NCBI GenBank assembly: GCA_964230645.1 | Contig: CAXRHT010000002.1 | Span: forward strand, 1,088,001-1,152,000 | Reading direction: 5' to 3' | Length of the DNA: 64,000 nt | Origin: Bdellovibrionales bacterium | GTDB taxonomy: Bacteria; Bdellovibrionota; Bdellovibrionia; Bdellovibrionales; JAGQZY01 | Shown here: positions 48,649 through 59,380 of the stretch, one piece after another | Position numbering within the stretch: position 1 is the first letter of the stretch | Layout: each line of letters begins with the position of its first letter | Notes under the pieces: model-generated | The model's database searches: none | Seen by the model: only the letters and a program-made list of their open reading frames with translations | What the model was told of the DNA's origin: nothing | Made by a program: the position numbers and the translations under genes

Positions 48649-50316
48649 TTATCTTTTACTCGATTTTTTAACAAAATCAAAGGCAACCAAGCCTTCATGG
48701 AAAACAAAACTGTGGGTTCCCTTAATATCAGGAAAATAATTGGGGAGGACCTTAAAAAGTTCTTTTTCCTTGAAAGTTTGATCCGTTAAATCAGTGATCT
48801 CTGTTACCCCCATTGAAGAACCATACATGTCCCAATCCTGAGTCTGAAAGGTCCTATAAATTTTCTCCTGCTCGAGGAAAAGTCCTCCATTTCTAGCTTT
48901 TTGAGGGTCAAATATGACAGGGTTTTGAGGGTGAGCTTGCCAGGCACCGTTAATCAAATCATCAGAAGCGAAAATATGTAATTCTGAACAGTGCTCACCC
49001 ATATCGGCTGAATCGACATTTGTTAGAAGCCACCACTTGCCTGAGTGCTTGAAAACACACGTGTCTGCGGCAGATATGTCTGGAATAAGCACTTTCTCAA
49101 GCTCCCATCTGAGTGGAAAATCTACACATCGATACAGCCGAATGTCGTTACTTGCATGAGTTTCGGGACACATATAGAGATTGCCTTTGTCCTCAATCAG
49201 ATAGGGAAATGATAAATGAAAGCTCTCCCTTAAACATTCTCCAAGCCTCTTGTAGTGCCCATCTTCAATTTCATAAACCGAAATAACACCTAGCTTTTCT
49301 TTGAAGCTATAATCTTCCACAAAACAATAATGACGCCCATTGCGGTTAATCAGAAAAGGATCTGCTAAAAAGCGGCCCTTGGGATTTTTGATTCTTTTTG
49401 ATCGCCAAAATGAAAAGTCGTCAAAACTAGGGGTGAACTGATAACCAACCTCCCATCTGTAGGTTCTGCCAATGAGCTTTTCGTACACCTTTTGAAAAGC
49501 TAGAATAAAAGTACGAAATAAGTACCGCAATTGAACTCGGACACTGGGAATTTTAAAAATAGGGAAAGAATAAGGCTTTTTGGACATAACCTGAGGAAGT
49601 GAATCATTCTTTCCGATAAACTCTAAGGTCTGATGTAAAAAGGGAAGTGATTTCATTAAAATTTTAACCGCATTCATGCTGTATAAAAAGCTTGTCGGAA
49701 TTTTTCCCTTAAAAAGGACGTCACCACCATCTAATTCTTCTTTTAAAATCTGAATAATGAACCCAGTACTCGGTGCCTTTCCAAAAACCTCCCAAAAACC
49801 CGCCGGTCCTCCCCGATTGACGTCATTGTCTCCATGATGAAAAGAGAGAATTCCATATTTGCTCGAATTGAGAATCTCACCTTTAAGAATCCCACTTCCT
49901 CCGCGAATTAGAACATCAAAAGACTCCTCTTTTATCCGAGCGATGTCTCTTTTGGAATAACGATAAACAAGTCCACTTTTAGAAACCTTTGGATTAACTT
50001 CTATTTTTTCTAGGTGGCCTTCTTCCAAATTCTCGCTTACAAAAAAATCTCCGTAGCGCCACAGTTTCTTTAGAAGAGACTCTTCAACAGTCCTTATAAG
50101 CTTAAAGAGCACAGCTCGGATAAGAGCTCTCACTCCTTTTTTCTTTAAATAGTCACTCATTTTGGAAATGGCGGATCCAGAGTCTTTACTAAAATCCTGA
50201 ACAATTAAGTGAGTAATTTGATAGTGCTTAGCATTCTTCGCTAAGCGTAATGCTTCATGATTTATTTTTGACTGAGGGCCCTTATCAAGAATAAGCGCTA
50301 CTTTTAATACAGACAT
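48649..50316 (-). CDS. Formyltransferase-like domain fused to a beta-propeller (GINT1/GH43-like) domain
   Basis: SFHHGD..NRGGP.GFWE...LDGG; FLADPF, HLSFPY, M.PET, FP..W and ARNGG. Confidence 0.7.
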   Translation of the reverse strand: MSVLKVALILDKGPQSKINHEALRLAKNAKHYQITHLIVQDFSKDSGSAISKMSDYLKKKGVRALIRAVLFKLIRTVEESLLKKLWRYGDFFVSENLEEGHLEKIEVNPKVSKSGLVYRYSKRDIARIKEESFDVLIRGGSGILKGEILNSSKYGILSFHHGDNDVNRGGPAGFWEVFGKAPSTGFIIQILKEELDGGDVLFKGKIPTSFLYSMNAVKILMKSLPFLHQTLEFIGKNDSLPQVMSKKPYSFPIFKIPSVRVQLRYLFRTFILAFQKVYEKLIGRTYRWEVGYQFTPSFDDFSFWRSKRIKNPKGRFLADPFLINRNGRHYCFVEDYSFKEKLGVISVYEIEDGHYKRLGECLRESFHLSFPYLIEDKGNLYMCPETHASNDIRLYRCVDFPLRWELEKVLIPDISAADTCVFKHSGKWWLLTNVDSADMGEHCSELHIFASDDLINGAWQAHPQNPVIFDPQKARNGGLFLEQEKIYRTFQTQDWDMYGSSMGVTEITDLTDQTFKEKELFKVLPNYFPDIKGTHSFVFHEGLVAFDFVKKSSKR

Positions 50317-50560
50317 CGTTTCCTCAATAATAACTAAAACTTGAGTGTCGTTTTATAACGAAATCTACCATTATCCATTGAAGGAAGATGCCCCACTGCG
50401 TCAGCAGCAATATAGCCTCCACCCAATAGGGATTTACTCGAATAGATTTTTTGTAAACTCACCCACCAATCATTAATAAACGGTAAATTCCTCCTTCGAA
50501 TTACGGAGGGTAATCTCCAAAAGAAGATTAGGTTGCACCAACAACGCTCATTGACTCACT

Positions 50561-53314
50561 GTGACCAATACACTAATTTCAGATCCTATGACAGTGATTC
50601 TCTCAAGCCACCCTATTTCCAAGGACTATTTGGAAAAGGCCAAATCTCACCTCGGTGAAAACATCGAAACCATAAGTCTTAGTGAAATTAAGAGGGTGAG
50701 CCTTTGGGGGATATTTAAGCTTTTTCGACAGAAGAAAGAAGAAAAGCTCGTCATCGTTCTAGAAGACCCGTACATGTCGCTAACCCTCCCCGCAATGGAG
50801 ATCTTGGCTTTTTTCAGTCGCTGTAAAAAGCTCTCCATACTTGATCACACTTTTGCGGAAACAAGAATTTCGCGACTGAAGATCTTGGGTCAACTCATTC
50901 GCTACCCCTTTTACACTCTTTTCGGAATTCTCGATGTCATCTACTTTCTTTTCTCCGTATACATTCTCAAAATTCTTCAAAGAGATGATTCCTACGAGTA
51001 TGAGTCAAAAGAACTCTTTTATATAAAATCAAATCTGTGGTTTGGAATTAAGGCCGGAGGTTCTGTAGGGCACGTTGCAGGTGTGATTAACTCCTTCATA
51101 GATCGAGGCTGGAAAACTTATCTGTTCTCAATCTCACCGCCTCAGATGACTAAAAAGGAACTCAACTTTGTTGAAGTGCCGTTTCCGAGACCTTATATAT
51201 ATCCACCAGATATAAATGATATTTCCTACCATCGGATACTACTGAAGAAAATCCGCTCTTTTGGAAAATGCCTTCGCTTCAAGGGGATGATCTATCAAAG
51301 AATGTCGGTCTTTAACTTTTCAGGCGTTATCATTTCAAGAGCTCTAAAGCGCCCCTTGATTCTAGAATATAATGGTTCGGAAGTGTGGATTTCCAAAAAC
51401 TGGGGAAAACCACTTGCTTGGACTCACCTTGCTATGAAAGCTGAGCAAGCTTGCCTAAGACACGCTCATCAAATCGTGACAGTCTCCGATGTTTTAAAGG
51501 ATGAATTGATCGAAAAAGGTATCGAGCCTGAGCGAATAACAGTCTATCCGAACTGTATCGATCCCGAAGTTTACAATGACGAAAATTTTACTGAAGACGA
51601 AATTACCCAGGTTCGAAAAAAATATGAACTTTCACAGGATGATTATGTAGCTACCTTTGTCGGAACCTTCGGTCTCTGGCACGGAGTTGATGTGCTAGCT
51701 CAAGCCATTAAAAAGATCGTAGACACCGACCCGGAGTATTTGATCGAAAACAAAATTAAATTTCTCCTCGTAGGCGATGGCTTCATGATGGCTGAGGTCA
51801 AAGACCTCATCGGCTCTGAAAAATACAAACCCTTTGTCCGTTTTGCTGGTCTCGTTCCTCAAAGTGAGGCGCCCGTTATCCTTGCGGCATCTGATCTTTT
51901 ACTTTCTCCTCATAAACAAAATGCTGACGGCAGTCGCTTTTTCGGATCCCCAACGAAACTTTTTGAATACATGGGGATGCGAAAGCCCATTATTGCCTCA
52001 GACCTTGAACAAATATCAGAAGTTCTTTCCCCATCTGTAAAGTGTACCGCCAAGCCGAGCGATCAAAACGCACTCCAACAGTCTATAGGAGTCTTGGTAA
52101 CGCCCGGGAATGTGACCGAACTAGTGGCCGCCATAAAATGGGTCTCTTCACAACAGAATAACCTCACACACCTCGGCCAGAACGCGAGAGAAAAAGCAAT
52201 TAATCACTTTACGTGGAATCACCATGTAAAACTCATCGAAAACTCGGCCATCAGATATTATTCGAAAAAGGTCGAACACAAAGTCGAATTCTTAAAGATA
52301 AAGAAAGCCTACCAGTCAAAATATTTCCTCATTGGCTCCCTACCTCCTCCCCTTGGAGGAGTTAGTGTCTATGTACAGAGGTACTCAAAGAGGCTACGGC
52401 GTAAGTTTAATCTCGTAAATATAGACTTTAAACGTCTAGGACATATCAAAAGTGCACTATTTCTCTTAAGAATGAATTTTAAACCTAGCAAAAAAATCAT
52501 TCATATGAATTCCGGTAACCTTGCAGCCTTAGGGATCTTATTTTTTAGAATCATTCCCTGCTACGTAAGAGTGCAAGATCACTCGGAACGAAAACTCGAA
52601 AACTATCATTTTGTACAAAGATTCCTTCTAAATCTGTTTTTAAAAAGAGTCGACGAATTGATACTTGTTGGAGAGCACCTAAAGGACTACTACGCTCACC
52701 ATAATATAACCCTCCCGAAAAAAGTAAGAATCAAGCTCACCTTTCTTCCTCCTGACCCTACAGATGAAAAGGCGATTTGGGACAGCTACCCGGCTGATCT
52801 TAAGAAATTTATAACCGAAAAGTCTCCTATCGTTGTGGTTAATGCCTTTAAGATTATATATTACAATGGCATCGACCTATATGGACTCGACATGTCTTTA
52901 GAGCTGATCGATAGGATTAAAGCTGATTATCCAAATATCGGCTTGCTTATAGCCTTGGCTGATCCGTCTGACAGTAATTACGTCGACAGTTTATTATCGG
53001 AAATAAGGACTCGGGGATTGGGCGAAAATACTTATTTTATGATGAACCAACGGATTTTATGGCCAATATTTAAACGATCGGATTTGATGATACGACCTAC
53101 TTCAAGCGATGGGTTCGGAGTCAGCGTGGCCGAGGCTATATATTTCGGTTGCTCAGCAGTCGCAAGTGATGTCTGCGTAAGGCCTGATGGTACTATTTTA
53201 TTTAAATCCAGAGACCATGACGATTTGGAGTCAAAAGTTCGTAAAGAATTAAAACGTTTAAGGATCCAATCACAAACAACCCACCTCAACGGTCTCAAAG
53301 AGATTCATCGATAG
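50561..53314 (+). CDS. Glycosyltransferase family 4 protein with two GT-B modules
   Basis: GSPTKLFEYM and DGFGVSVAEA signatures; PPPLGGVS begins the second module. Confidence 0.85.
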   Translation: MTNTLISDPMTVILSSHPISKDYLEKAKSHLGENIETISLSEIKRVSLWGIFKLFRQKKEEKLVIVLEDPYMSLTLPAMEILAFFSRCKKLSILDHTFAETRISRLKILGQLIRYPFYTLFGILDVIYFLFSVYILKILQRDDSYEYESKELFYIKSNLWFGIKAGGSVGHVAGVINSFIDRGWKTYLFSISPPQMTKKELNFVEVPFPRPYIYPPDINDISYHRILLKKIRSFGKCLRFKGMIYQRMSVFNFSGVIISRALKRPLILEYNGSEVWISKNWGKPLAWTHLAMKAEQACLRHAHQIVTVSDVLKDELIEKGIEPERITVYPNCIDPEVYNDENFTEDEITQVRKKYELSQDDYVATFVGTFGLWHGVDVLAQAIKKIVDTDPEYLIENKIKFLLVGDGFMMAEVKDLIGSEKYKPFVRFAGLVPQSEAPVILAASDLLLSPHKQNADGSRFFGSPTKLFEYMGMRKPIIASDLEQISEVLSPSVKCTAKPSDQNALQQSIGVLVTPGNVTELVAAIKWVSSQQNNLTHLGQNAREKAINHFTWNHHVKLIENSAIRYYSKKVEHKVEFLKIKKAYQSKYFLIGSLPPPLGGVSVYVQRYSKRLRRKFNLVNIDFKRLGHIKSALFLLRMNFKPSKKIIHMNSGNLAALGILFFRIIPCYVRVQDHSERKLENYHFVQRFLLNLFLKRVDELILVGEHLKDYYAHHNITLPKKVRIKLTFLPPDPTDEKAIWDSYPADLKKFITEKSPIVVVNAFKIIYYNGIDLYGLDMSLELIDRIKADYPNIGLLIALADPSDSNYVDSLLSEIRTRGLGENTYFMMNQRILWPIFKRSDLMIRPTSSDGFGVSVAEAIYFGCSAVASDVCVRPDGTILFKSRDHDDLESKVRKELKRLRIQSQTTHLNGLKEIHR

Positions 53315-54043
53315 GGACCGTTGGCTCCCTTGGAAGCATGCAATATGGGATTATACCCGAACGATCCCCCAAGCTTCCTAATATGATATTTTCACCTTTA
53401 ACTAAAATTAAAGTATTTAATTTATTGGAACCATTTTGGTCTTAATAAGCTCGAGATATTTCACTATTTTATTGCTCGTTTTAAATATAATTATACGAAA
53501 ATCAAACGTTTAATCGCATGCGCAGGCCAATTTAATCAAACCTACCACAAACGTCTGATCTCTGCCCCCCTATTTCCAATTTTAATATTGTGATGAATCT
53601 TCAAGCCTATTGGCTAATATTCAAAAGCTCTGCCCTAATGGCGATACCCGAACCCAGTTCCAATTTTGATATCAGTTCTGCTTAAAGACCCTATTTCAAC
53701 TATAGCCACGATTGTAAGTAATGTTTATGCACGAACTCTATTTAACTTCGGAGACGGCCGAGATCTGGAGTTTTATATGTGAGAGGTTATTTACTCCTGC
53801 TTGACTATATCTTCTGAATTGCTGCCACCGATTACACCCAAAGACAACACCAGCATTGCTAATCATTCTGAGAACACCTCATAACGCGTCTGGACAGAGA
53901 AGGTTCGATAATTTATGTTGCTAAAAAGTGAAAAAGAGCAGCGGTTCAAAAATGACTTTGGATTACTATGTGCTATATGTATCCTCTACCAAATTAAAAA
54001 GTGGGGATTTAGATACCTTTCAAACGGCTCGAGGTTAGGCGCT

Positions 54044-55348
54044 ATGAAAAAAGAACTAATTAACAAATTTGATGAAAAAAGTGCGAAAATTGGCATCGTG
54101 GGCTTAGGTTATGTGGGCCTTCCTCTATTGTTGAGATTTGCTGAAGAAAATTTTGAAGTACTTGGATTCGATATAGATGCTACTAAAATTGAAAAGCTGG
54201 CAGCAGGTAAATCCTATATTAAACATATTCCCGACTCAGAAGTAGCAAAAGTAATTGAGAATTGCGCAAGTGCTACCACAGACTTTTCAAGAGTGTCTGA
54301 AGTGGACGTTATCGTGATTTGTGTCCCGACTCCGTTGACAAAAAATCGGGACCCTGACATGTCTTTTATCATTTCCACAATGAACTCTCTGTCCCCTCAT
54401 CTAAGAAAAGGCCAGCTTATTTCCCTGGAAAGTACTACCTACCCCGGAACAACCGATGAACTCCTAGCGCCGTATTTATACGAACGAGGATTCACACTTG
54501 GAGACGACATCTTTCTTGTCTACAGCCCTGAGAGAGAAGACCCTGGAAACAAAAACTTTTCAACCAGAACAATTCCCAAAGTATGCGGAGGTTATACTGA
54601 ATCTTGCCTAGAAGTAGGCTACCAGCTCTATTCCCAAGTCATCGATAAAGTTCTAAGGGTCAGTTCGACCAAAACAGCTGAAATGACTAAACTTCTGGAA
54701 AATATCCATCGGGCCGTAAACATAGGCTTAGTAAATGAGATGAAAATCGTAGCAGATAAAATGGGCATCGACATTCATGAAGTAGTCCAAGCGGCATCAA
54801 GTAAGCCTTTTGGATTCACACCCTACTATCCCGGCCCAGGATTAGGTGGGCACTGTATCCCAATAGATCCGTTCTATCTAACCTGGAAAGCCAAAGAGTT
54901 TGATATCAGCACCAAATTTATTGAGCTATCTGGAGAAATAAATAGTTCAATGCCAAAGTACGTTGTTAGTAAAATTACCGATGCTTTGAACGAACGACAG
55001 AAACCATTAAAGGGTAGTAAGGTATTGGTCCTGGGAATTGCTTACAAAAAAAATGTAGATGATATGAGAGAAAGTCCAGCCGTGGAGATAATGGAGCAAC
55101 TAAGGGAAAAGGGTGCTGTGGTAGCATATTCTGATCCATTCGTACCGAAGTTTCCAAAGATGCGAGAATATCACTTCGAACTTGAAAGTGTGGTACTTGA
55201 TAGAGAAGTAATTCAACAACAAGACTGTCTTTTAATCGCAACTGATCACGACGACTTTCCTTATCAAGACCTAATTGAAAACGCTCCTCTACTCGTTGAT
55301 ACGAGGGGACGATTTCTCACTCCAAGAGAAAATCTAGTTAAAGCGTGA
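54044..55348 (+). CDS. UDP-N-acetylhexosamine (nucleotide-sugar) dehydrogenase, WbpA/WecC-like
   Basis: [35 protein letters not shown] and D.RESP motifs. Confidence 0.92.
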   Translation: MKKELINKFDEKSAKIGIVGLGYVGLPLLLRFAEENFEVLGFDIDATKIEKLAAGKSYIKHIPDSEVAKVIENCASATTDFSRVSEVDVIVICVPTPLTKNRDPDMSFIISTMNSLSPHLRKGQLISLESTTYPGTTDELLAPYLYERGFTLGDDIFLVYSPEREDPGNKNFSTRTIPKVCGGYTESCLEVGYQLYSQVIDKVLRVSSTKTAEMTKLLENIHRAVNIGLVNEMKIVADKMGIDIHEVVQAASSKPFGFTPYYPGPGLGGHCIPIDPFYLTWKAKEFDISTKFIELSGEINSSMPKYVVSKITDALNERQKPLKGSKVLVLGIAYKKNVDDMRESPAVEIMEQLREKGAVVAYSDPFVPKFPKMREYHFELESVVLDREVIQQQDCLLIATDHDDFPYQDLIENAPLLVDTRGRFLTPRENLVKA

Positions 55349-55449
55349 ACTAACTAAAATTCTTCAGCCCTAAAGACTACCTAAGCAAATGACACCTAAT
55401 ATGATCTGCGGTAGTCGGGGACACGAACCTTATAGAGGAAAAGGACCTT

Positions 55450-57879
55450 TTGAAAGAAAAAAAACAAAAAATAGAACTCCCAAATAACCATCCATCCCAC
55501 CCGATCCTGACAACTGTCATTATTCCGACACTAAATTGCCAGAAAGATATTCAGAAAACGCTTCAATCACTACTAAAACAAGATCTTCACGAACTGCAAA
55601 TTATCATAGTAGATCGTTGTAGCGTGGACCTTACTTGTGCACTTGTAGCCGACTTCGCAAAACAGGATTTAAGGATCTCATTAATAAAGCAACTCAATGA
55701 CAATGGAGAAGCCTACGCTATCAATGAAGCATTGATGAGGGCTAAGGGGAAGTACACAATTGTTATTCGGCCAGGAATAGAGTTTTTCCCAGACTCAACA
55801 AGATCAATAACAAACTTCGCAGATAAAAAACGTTTACTTTTTATATATAGTTTATTTTTTAAAAGAAATTTTGATGATTTCGACTTAAGTGAGTTTGGCA
55901 TCTCTGACAGCAGAAAGCTTTTTTTCATCTTTAAAACTCAGATAATTTTAGAAAAAATTGGCTTCTTGGATAGTGTTAAACTCGGAGCTAAATTAGAGTA
56001 TTTCCTCAGAGCCCGTTCCTCTTTTGGCGAAGAAAAGGTCTGCATCGCTAAAACAGGGCGAAACCCATTCACTTTATTTCTAAGGAAAACTTTGACAAAA
56101 ATGATGGGCCATACGCGAGTAGAATATTTTGTTGACCAGATCTTAAAATCCAACCAGAGTCCACCATTCAAACAATATTTCGAATCATTCCAATCCTGGC
56201 ACAAGGATAATTCGTCTGACAAACTTTTCGTACATTTCCCTCAATCTTCTCGGCCATTTCCCTTAAGAAATATTAAAAACGACTGGCAAGGAGCAGAAGG
56301 AGACTTTCTAAAAGTTGCGATTGTATTATTCAAGTCCTCTGATCTTGTGAGACTAAAGATCATGATCGAGAGCATACTCCCTCAAATAGATATTATAAAC
56401 ATCTGTTTAAATCCTTCTGATCCGATACCCAGTTTTTTAAAAAATCCTAAAATCCAGATTTCTCGACGTGGAGAAACCAACCTCAGAGACCTACCCCCCT
56501 ACCTCCCTTTGGAAAACCAGAGTTCCCCAGGATATTTTTTTTCACTGGCCGATACAGTGAACTATCCACCTAATTACGCAAGCGAAACTATTCTAGCTAT
56601 CGAGAAGTATAATAGGAGAGCTGTGGTAGGTTACGAAGGCATTTTCTTTTCAGAGCTCCAGGAGAAGCGCTCTAACATGGGAACTGTGTGTAAAATTAAT
56701 GACGAAAGTTCTAGTGATAAATTTGTAGCCAGCTTAAGCAATCGTTCTCTAGCTTTCCACTCGGATTTACTAGAAACGCAAGAGTTCATCCAGTTCTCCC
56801 ACCAGTTAGTTAATAGCTCCCATTGGGTAGGTAACGAAAGATCCACTCTTCCATTTGTTTGTTTGAAGAAAGATAAAAACTGGCTCAGAGCTGAGGATAC
56901 TTTTCCCCCTATTTTAGAAAACTATAACAACAACCAAACAATATTAGTAAAACAAGAAAGTCCTGAAACAACCTTGACTAGTAGGAATTTTCTCACAGCT
57001 AAAAACGAGAGCACTTCAAACTTATTCTCTTCAATTCTCAAAAAAACTTCAGAATTTGACGCTATTTTAGCAGGAGTCGACACAGAGGTTGTCCGCCAAA
57101 TTTGTAAAAGGGAAATTATTAGCTTCTCCATTTTAATTAACGGGTGGAACTGTGAAGAGTTCGTTGGAGAATGTATTGGATCCATTTATAATCAAATCCC
57201 AAATTACTTCAATTTTGATCTATATGTCATTGATGATGGCTCAGATGATGGTACTTTTGCCATCTTAGAAAAACTACAGCATAAGTATGGCTTCTACCTT
57301 GACAGGAACTCAGTAAATAGAGGAGCTGCTTTTTCCCGATGGAAGCTAATTAAAGCCGTCAGTAATCCGCAAAGTAAAGTCATACTTTTAGACCTTGACG
57401 ATAGATTAAAACGATACGCACTAAGTATTGTAGCAAGAACCTACCGAGAAAATAAAAATTGTTTACTTACCTACGGGAACTGGGAAAGTCAACACGGTGA
57501 AAAAAACAGTCTGCCCTTTTATAGTGAACATGTTAAAAGAGACAGATCCTATCGTAAAGTGCCCAATTTTCAATGTGCCCCCTTGAGAACCTTTGATTAC
57601 TCTCTAGTTGCAAATGTGAACGAATATGACCTGAAGGACTCCAACGGGAAATGGTTGAAGGTCTGCACAGACGTGGCGATTATGCTACCTTTACTCGAAC
57701 AATGTAAACCAGAGAATATTGCGGAAATTGAGGAGCCCATTTATGTTTACAACAAATATAGGTCAACAAGTACCTTATTAAAATTCGGAAAGGAAAAGAA
57801 AAATGAAGTATTAAAAGACCTTTTTAGTCGAGAACCTAAGAACGATAGATTAGAAGACCTGCCTGATAGTTCTAATTAA
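55450..57879 (+). CDS. Multi-domain glycosyltransferase family 2 protein
   Basis: Degenerate N-terminal GT-A (IIPTLN..VDRCSVD); C-terminal GT-A with DDGSDD and LDLDD. Confidence 0.75.
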   Translation: MKEKKQKIELPNNHPSHPILTTVIIPTLNCQKDIQKTLQSLLKQDLHELQIIIVDRCSVDLTCALVADFAKQDLRISLIKQLNDNGEAYAINEALMRAKGKYTIVIRPGIEFFPDSTRSITNFADKKRLLFIYSLFFKRNFDDFDLSEFGISDSRKLFFIFKTQIILEKIGFLDSVKLGAKLEYFLRARSSFGEEKVCIAKTGRNPFTLFLRKTLTKMMGHTRVEYFVDQILKSNQSPPFKQYFESFQSWHKDNSSDKLFVHFPQSSRPFPLRNIKNDWQGAEGDFLKVAIVLFKSSDLVRLKIMIESILPQIDIINICLNPSDPIPSFLKNPKIQISRRGETNLRDLPPYLPLENQSSPGYFFSLADTVNYPPNYASETILAIEKYNRRAVVGYEGIFFSELQEKRSNMGTVCKINDESSSDKFVASLSNRSLAFHSDLLETQEFIQFSHQLVNSSHWVGNERSTLPFVCLKKDKNWLRAEDTFPPILENYNNNQTILVKQESPETTLTSRNFLTAKNESTSNLFSSILKKTSEFDAILAGVDTEVVRQICKREIISFSILINGWNCEEFVGECIGSIYNQIPNYFNFDLYVIDDGSDDGTFAILEKLQHKYGFYLDRNSVNRGAAFSRWKLIKAVSNPQSKVILLDLDDRLKRYALSIVARTYRENKNCLLTYGNWESQHGEKNSLPFYSEHVKRDRSYRKVPNFQCAPLRTFDYSLVANVNEYDLKDSNGKWLKVCTDVAIMLPLLEQCKPENIAEIEEPIYVYNKYRSTSTLLKFGKEKKNEVLKDLFSREPKNDRLEDLPDSSN

Positions 57880-59223
57880 TTTCCTGACGACCCTTTTACC
57901 TAAATTTGGTGCATTTAAAGTTTGAGGCTCGACAGAAGGTTTAGCTGGAAAAGAATTTTTAAGCTTTTCATTCACTTCTTTTTTTAAAATCGAAAAATTG
58001 TCCGGAATTTTATACGCCTCGAGTTTCTCCTCCTCACTTTTCGTCATTACTCCAAGGCTTTTAGACATAAACGACCTAGTTAGCTCTCGATAAGGTGCAA
58101 AAGTTAGTTCCTCTGCCGGTGAGTACCACTTTTCAAGGAAATCACAGTCATGAACCCCCACCTTTTCGGCCAGAAGGTTCATTGATATGTTCGATCCTTC
58201 ATATTTAGAGACAATATACTCAATTACATTCTGATGTTTAATTGGCATCTTCAGTAAATGCTTTTGAGCCTCGGGGATTTCAATCAAACCAACCAAGTCC
58301 TCGTCGGTCACTTTTCCTTTAAGTAAAGCGGTTTCGAGCAGTCTCTTTCTAAAACATTTCCAGCAGTTACGACAAGGACTCATGGCAGTTCCTCTAATAC
58401 AGGATTGTGCCAGATTTCTATATTCACTATTTGCCAACAGCTTGGATGTCCCGACCTCACTTAGGCCTGCAACCGGCCAGTTCATGGGAAGGCCTGCTAT
58501 TTCAAAGCCCTTGAACCATTGCTTATAATGTTGTCGCCCTACATAATCTACATAAAGTCCAGATCCACCTACTCTGTAAGCCGATTCGAGTATCGTTCCA
58601 TAGGCTATACTATTTATATTAAAATGTTCCGAGGTAAGAATAGCTGGAATTGCGTTTGAAACATCTGTAGGGAATCCAATAGGCTTCCGTATAAACTCCA
58701 TGTCGGAGTCTAAAGTTTCAACAGCTCGCCCTTCAGACCTCAAATGAGAAATCGCATGTTTAGCACTTTCTGCGGAATACATACTCTTATGACCATTCGG
58801 GATTGCCATATTCATAAATACTGGCTTTACATTATCTGGCATGGAAAGAAGAGCAGCAAAAGAGTCGACACCTGCACTAAATGCTAGAGCTGGAACTCCG
58901 CTATCATTTACTGGTTTTCGCTCTAAACTACTGTCCACATTGGTGAACTCTAAATTGAAATTCTCAGACACGAAAGAAGCAAAATAGTTACTCACAGGAA
59001 TATTCAGGGTTATCTTTGTTTTCACAAAGGGATTCACTAGCATCAACGCGCAAAGCCCTATTAAGTCTGGATGAAGTCTGGAAGTATTACAAGAAGGTGG
59101 CAACTGAAAAAAACACTCATTTTTAGCCAAACTGACACCTCTTGAGTTGCTCCCCCCTTCTCCGTCTCCAAGAGAAAAAAAGAAGGATACCTTTCTTTCA
59201 TTTTGTTCGAACTGAATTTTCAT
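57850..59223 (-). CDS. DUF6395-like protein (adenine nucleotide alpha-hydrolase-like motif, Cys cluster)
   Basis: HPDL, AFSAGVDS, P.GFPTD and SC.RG...C.NCWKCFRK. Confidence 0.55.
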   Translation of the reverse strand: MKIQFEQNERKVSFFFSLGDGEGGSNSRGVSLAKNECFFQLPPSCNTSRLHPDLIGLCALMLVNPFVKTKITLNIPVSNYFASFVSENFNLEFTNVDSSLERKPVNDSGVPALAFSAGVDSFAALLSMPDNVKPVFMNMAIPNGHKSMYSAESAKHAISHLRSEGRAVETLDSDMEFIRKPIGFPTDVSNAIPAILTSEHFNINSIAYGTILESAYRVGGSGLYVDYVGRQHYKQWFKGFEIAGLPMNWPVAGLSEVGTSKLLANSEYRNLAQSCIRGTAMSPCRNCWKCFRKRLLETALLKGKVTDEDLVGLIEIPEAQKHLLKMPIKHQNVIEYIVSKYEGSNISMNLLAEKVGVHDCDFLEKWYSPAEELTFAPYRELTRSFMSKSLGVMTKSEEEKLEAYKIPDNFSILKKEVNEKLKNSFPAKPSVEPQTLNAPNLGKRVVRKLIRTIRQVF

Positions 59224-59380
59224 AGGTCCTCTAGTTGCATTAATCGAAACATTATTTTTTTTAATTGTAAAATTTAAAACAATTTATGATCAAATATCAT
59301 CTACAAAGCTTTCCGACAGTATTTGTTTTCTAAAAGATTTGAAAATACTATCACCAATAGGCAAAACACCTCGTCTACAA

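Noticed and set aside
53315..54043. Possible ncRNA or JUMPstart element in the long spacer
   Set aside because: No ops/JUMPstart motif, repeat or convincing structure was recognised by eye
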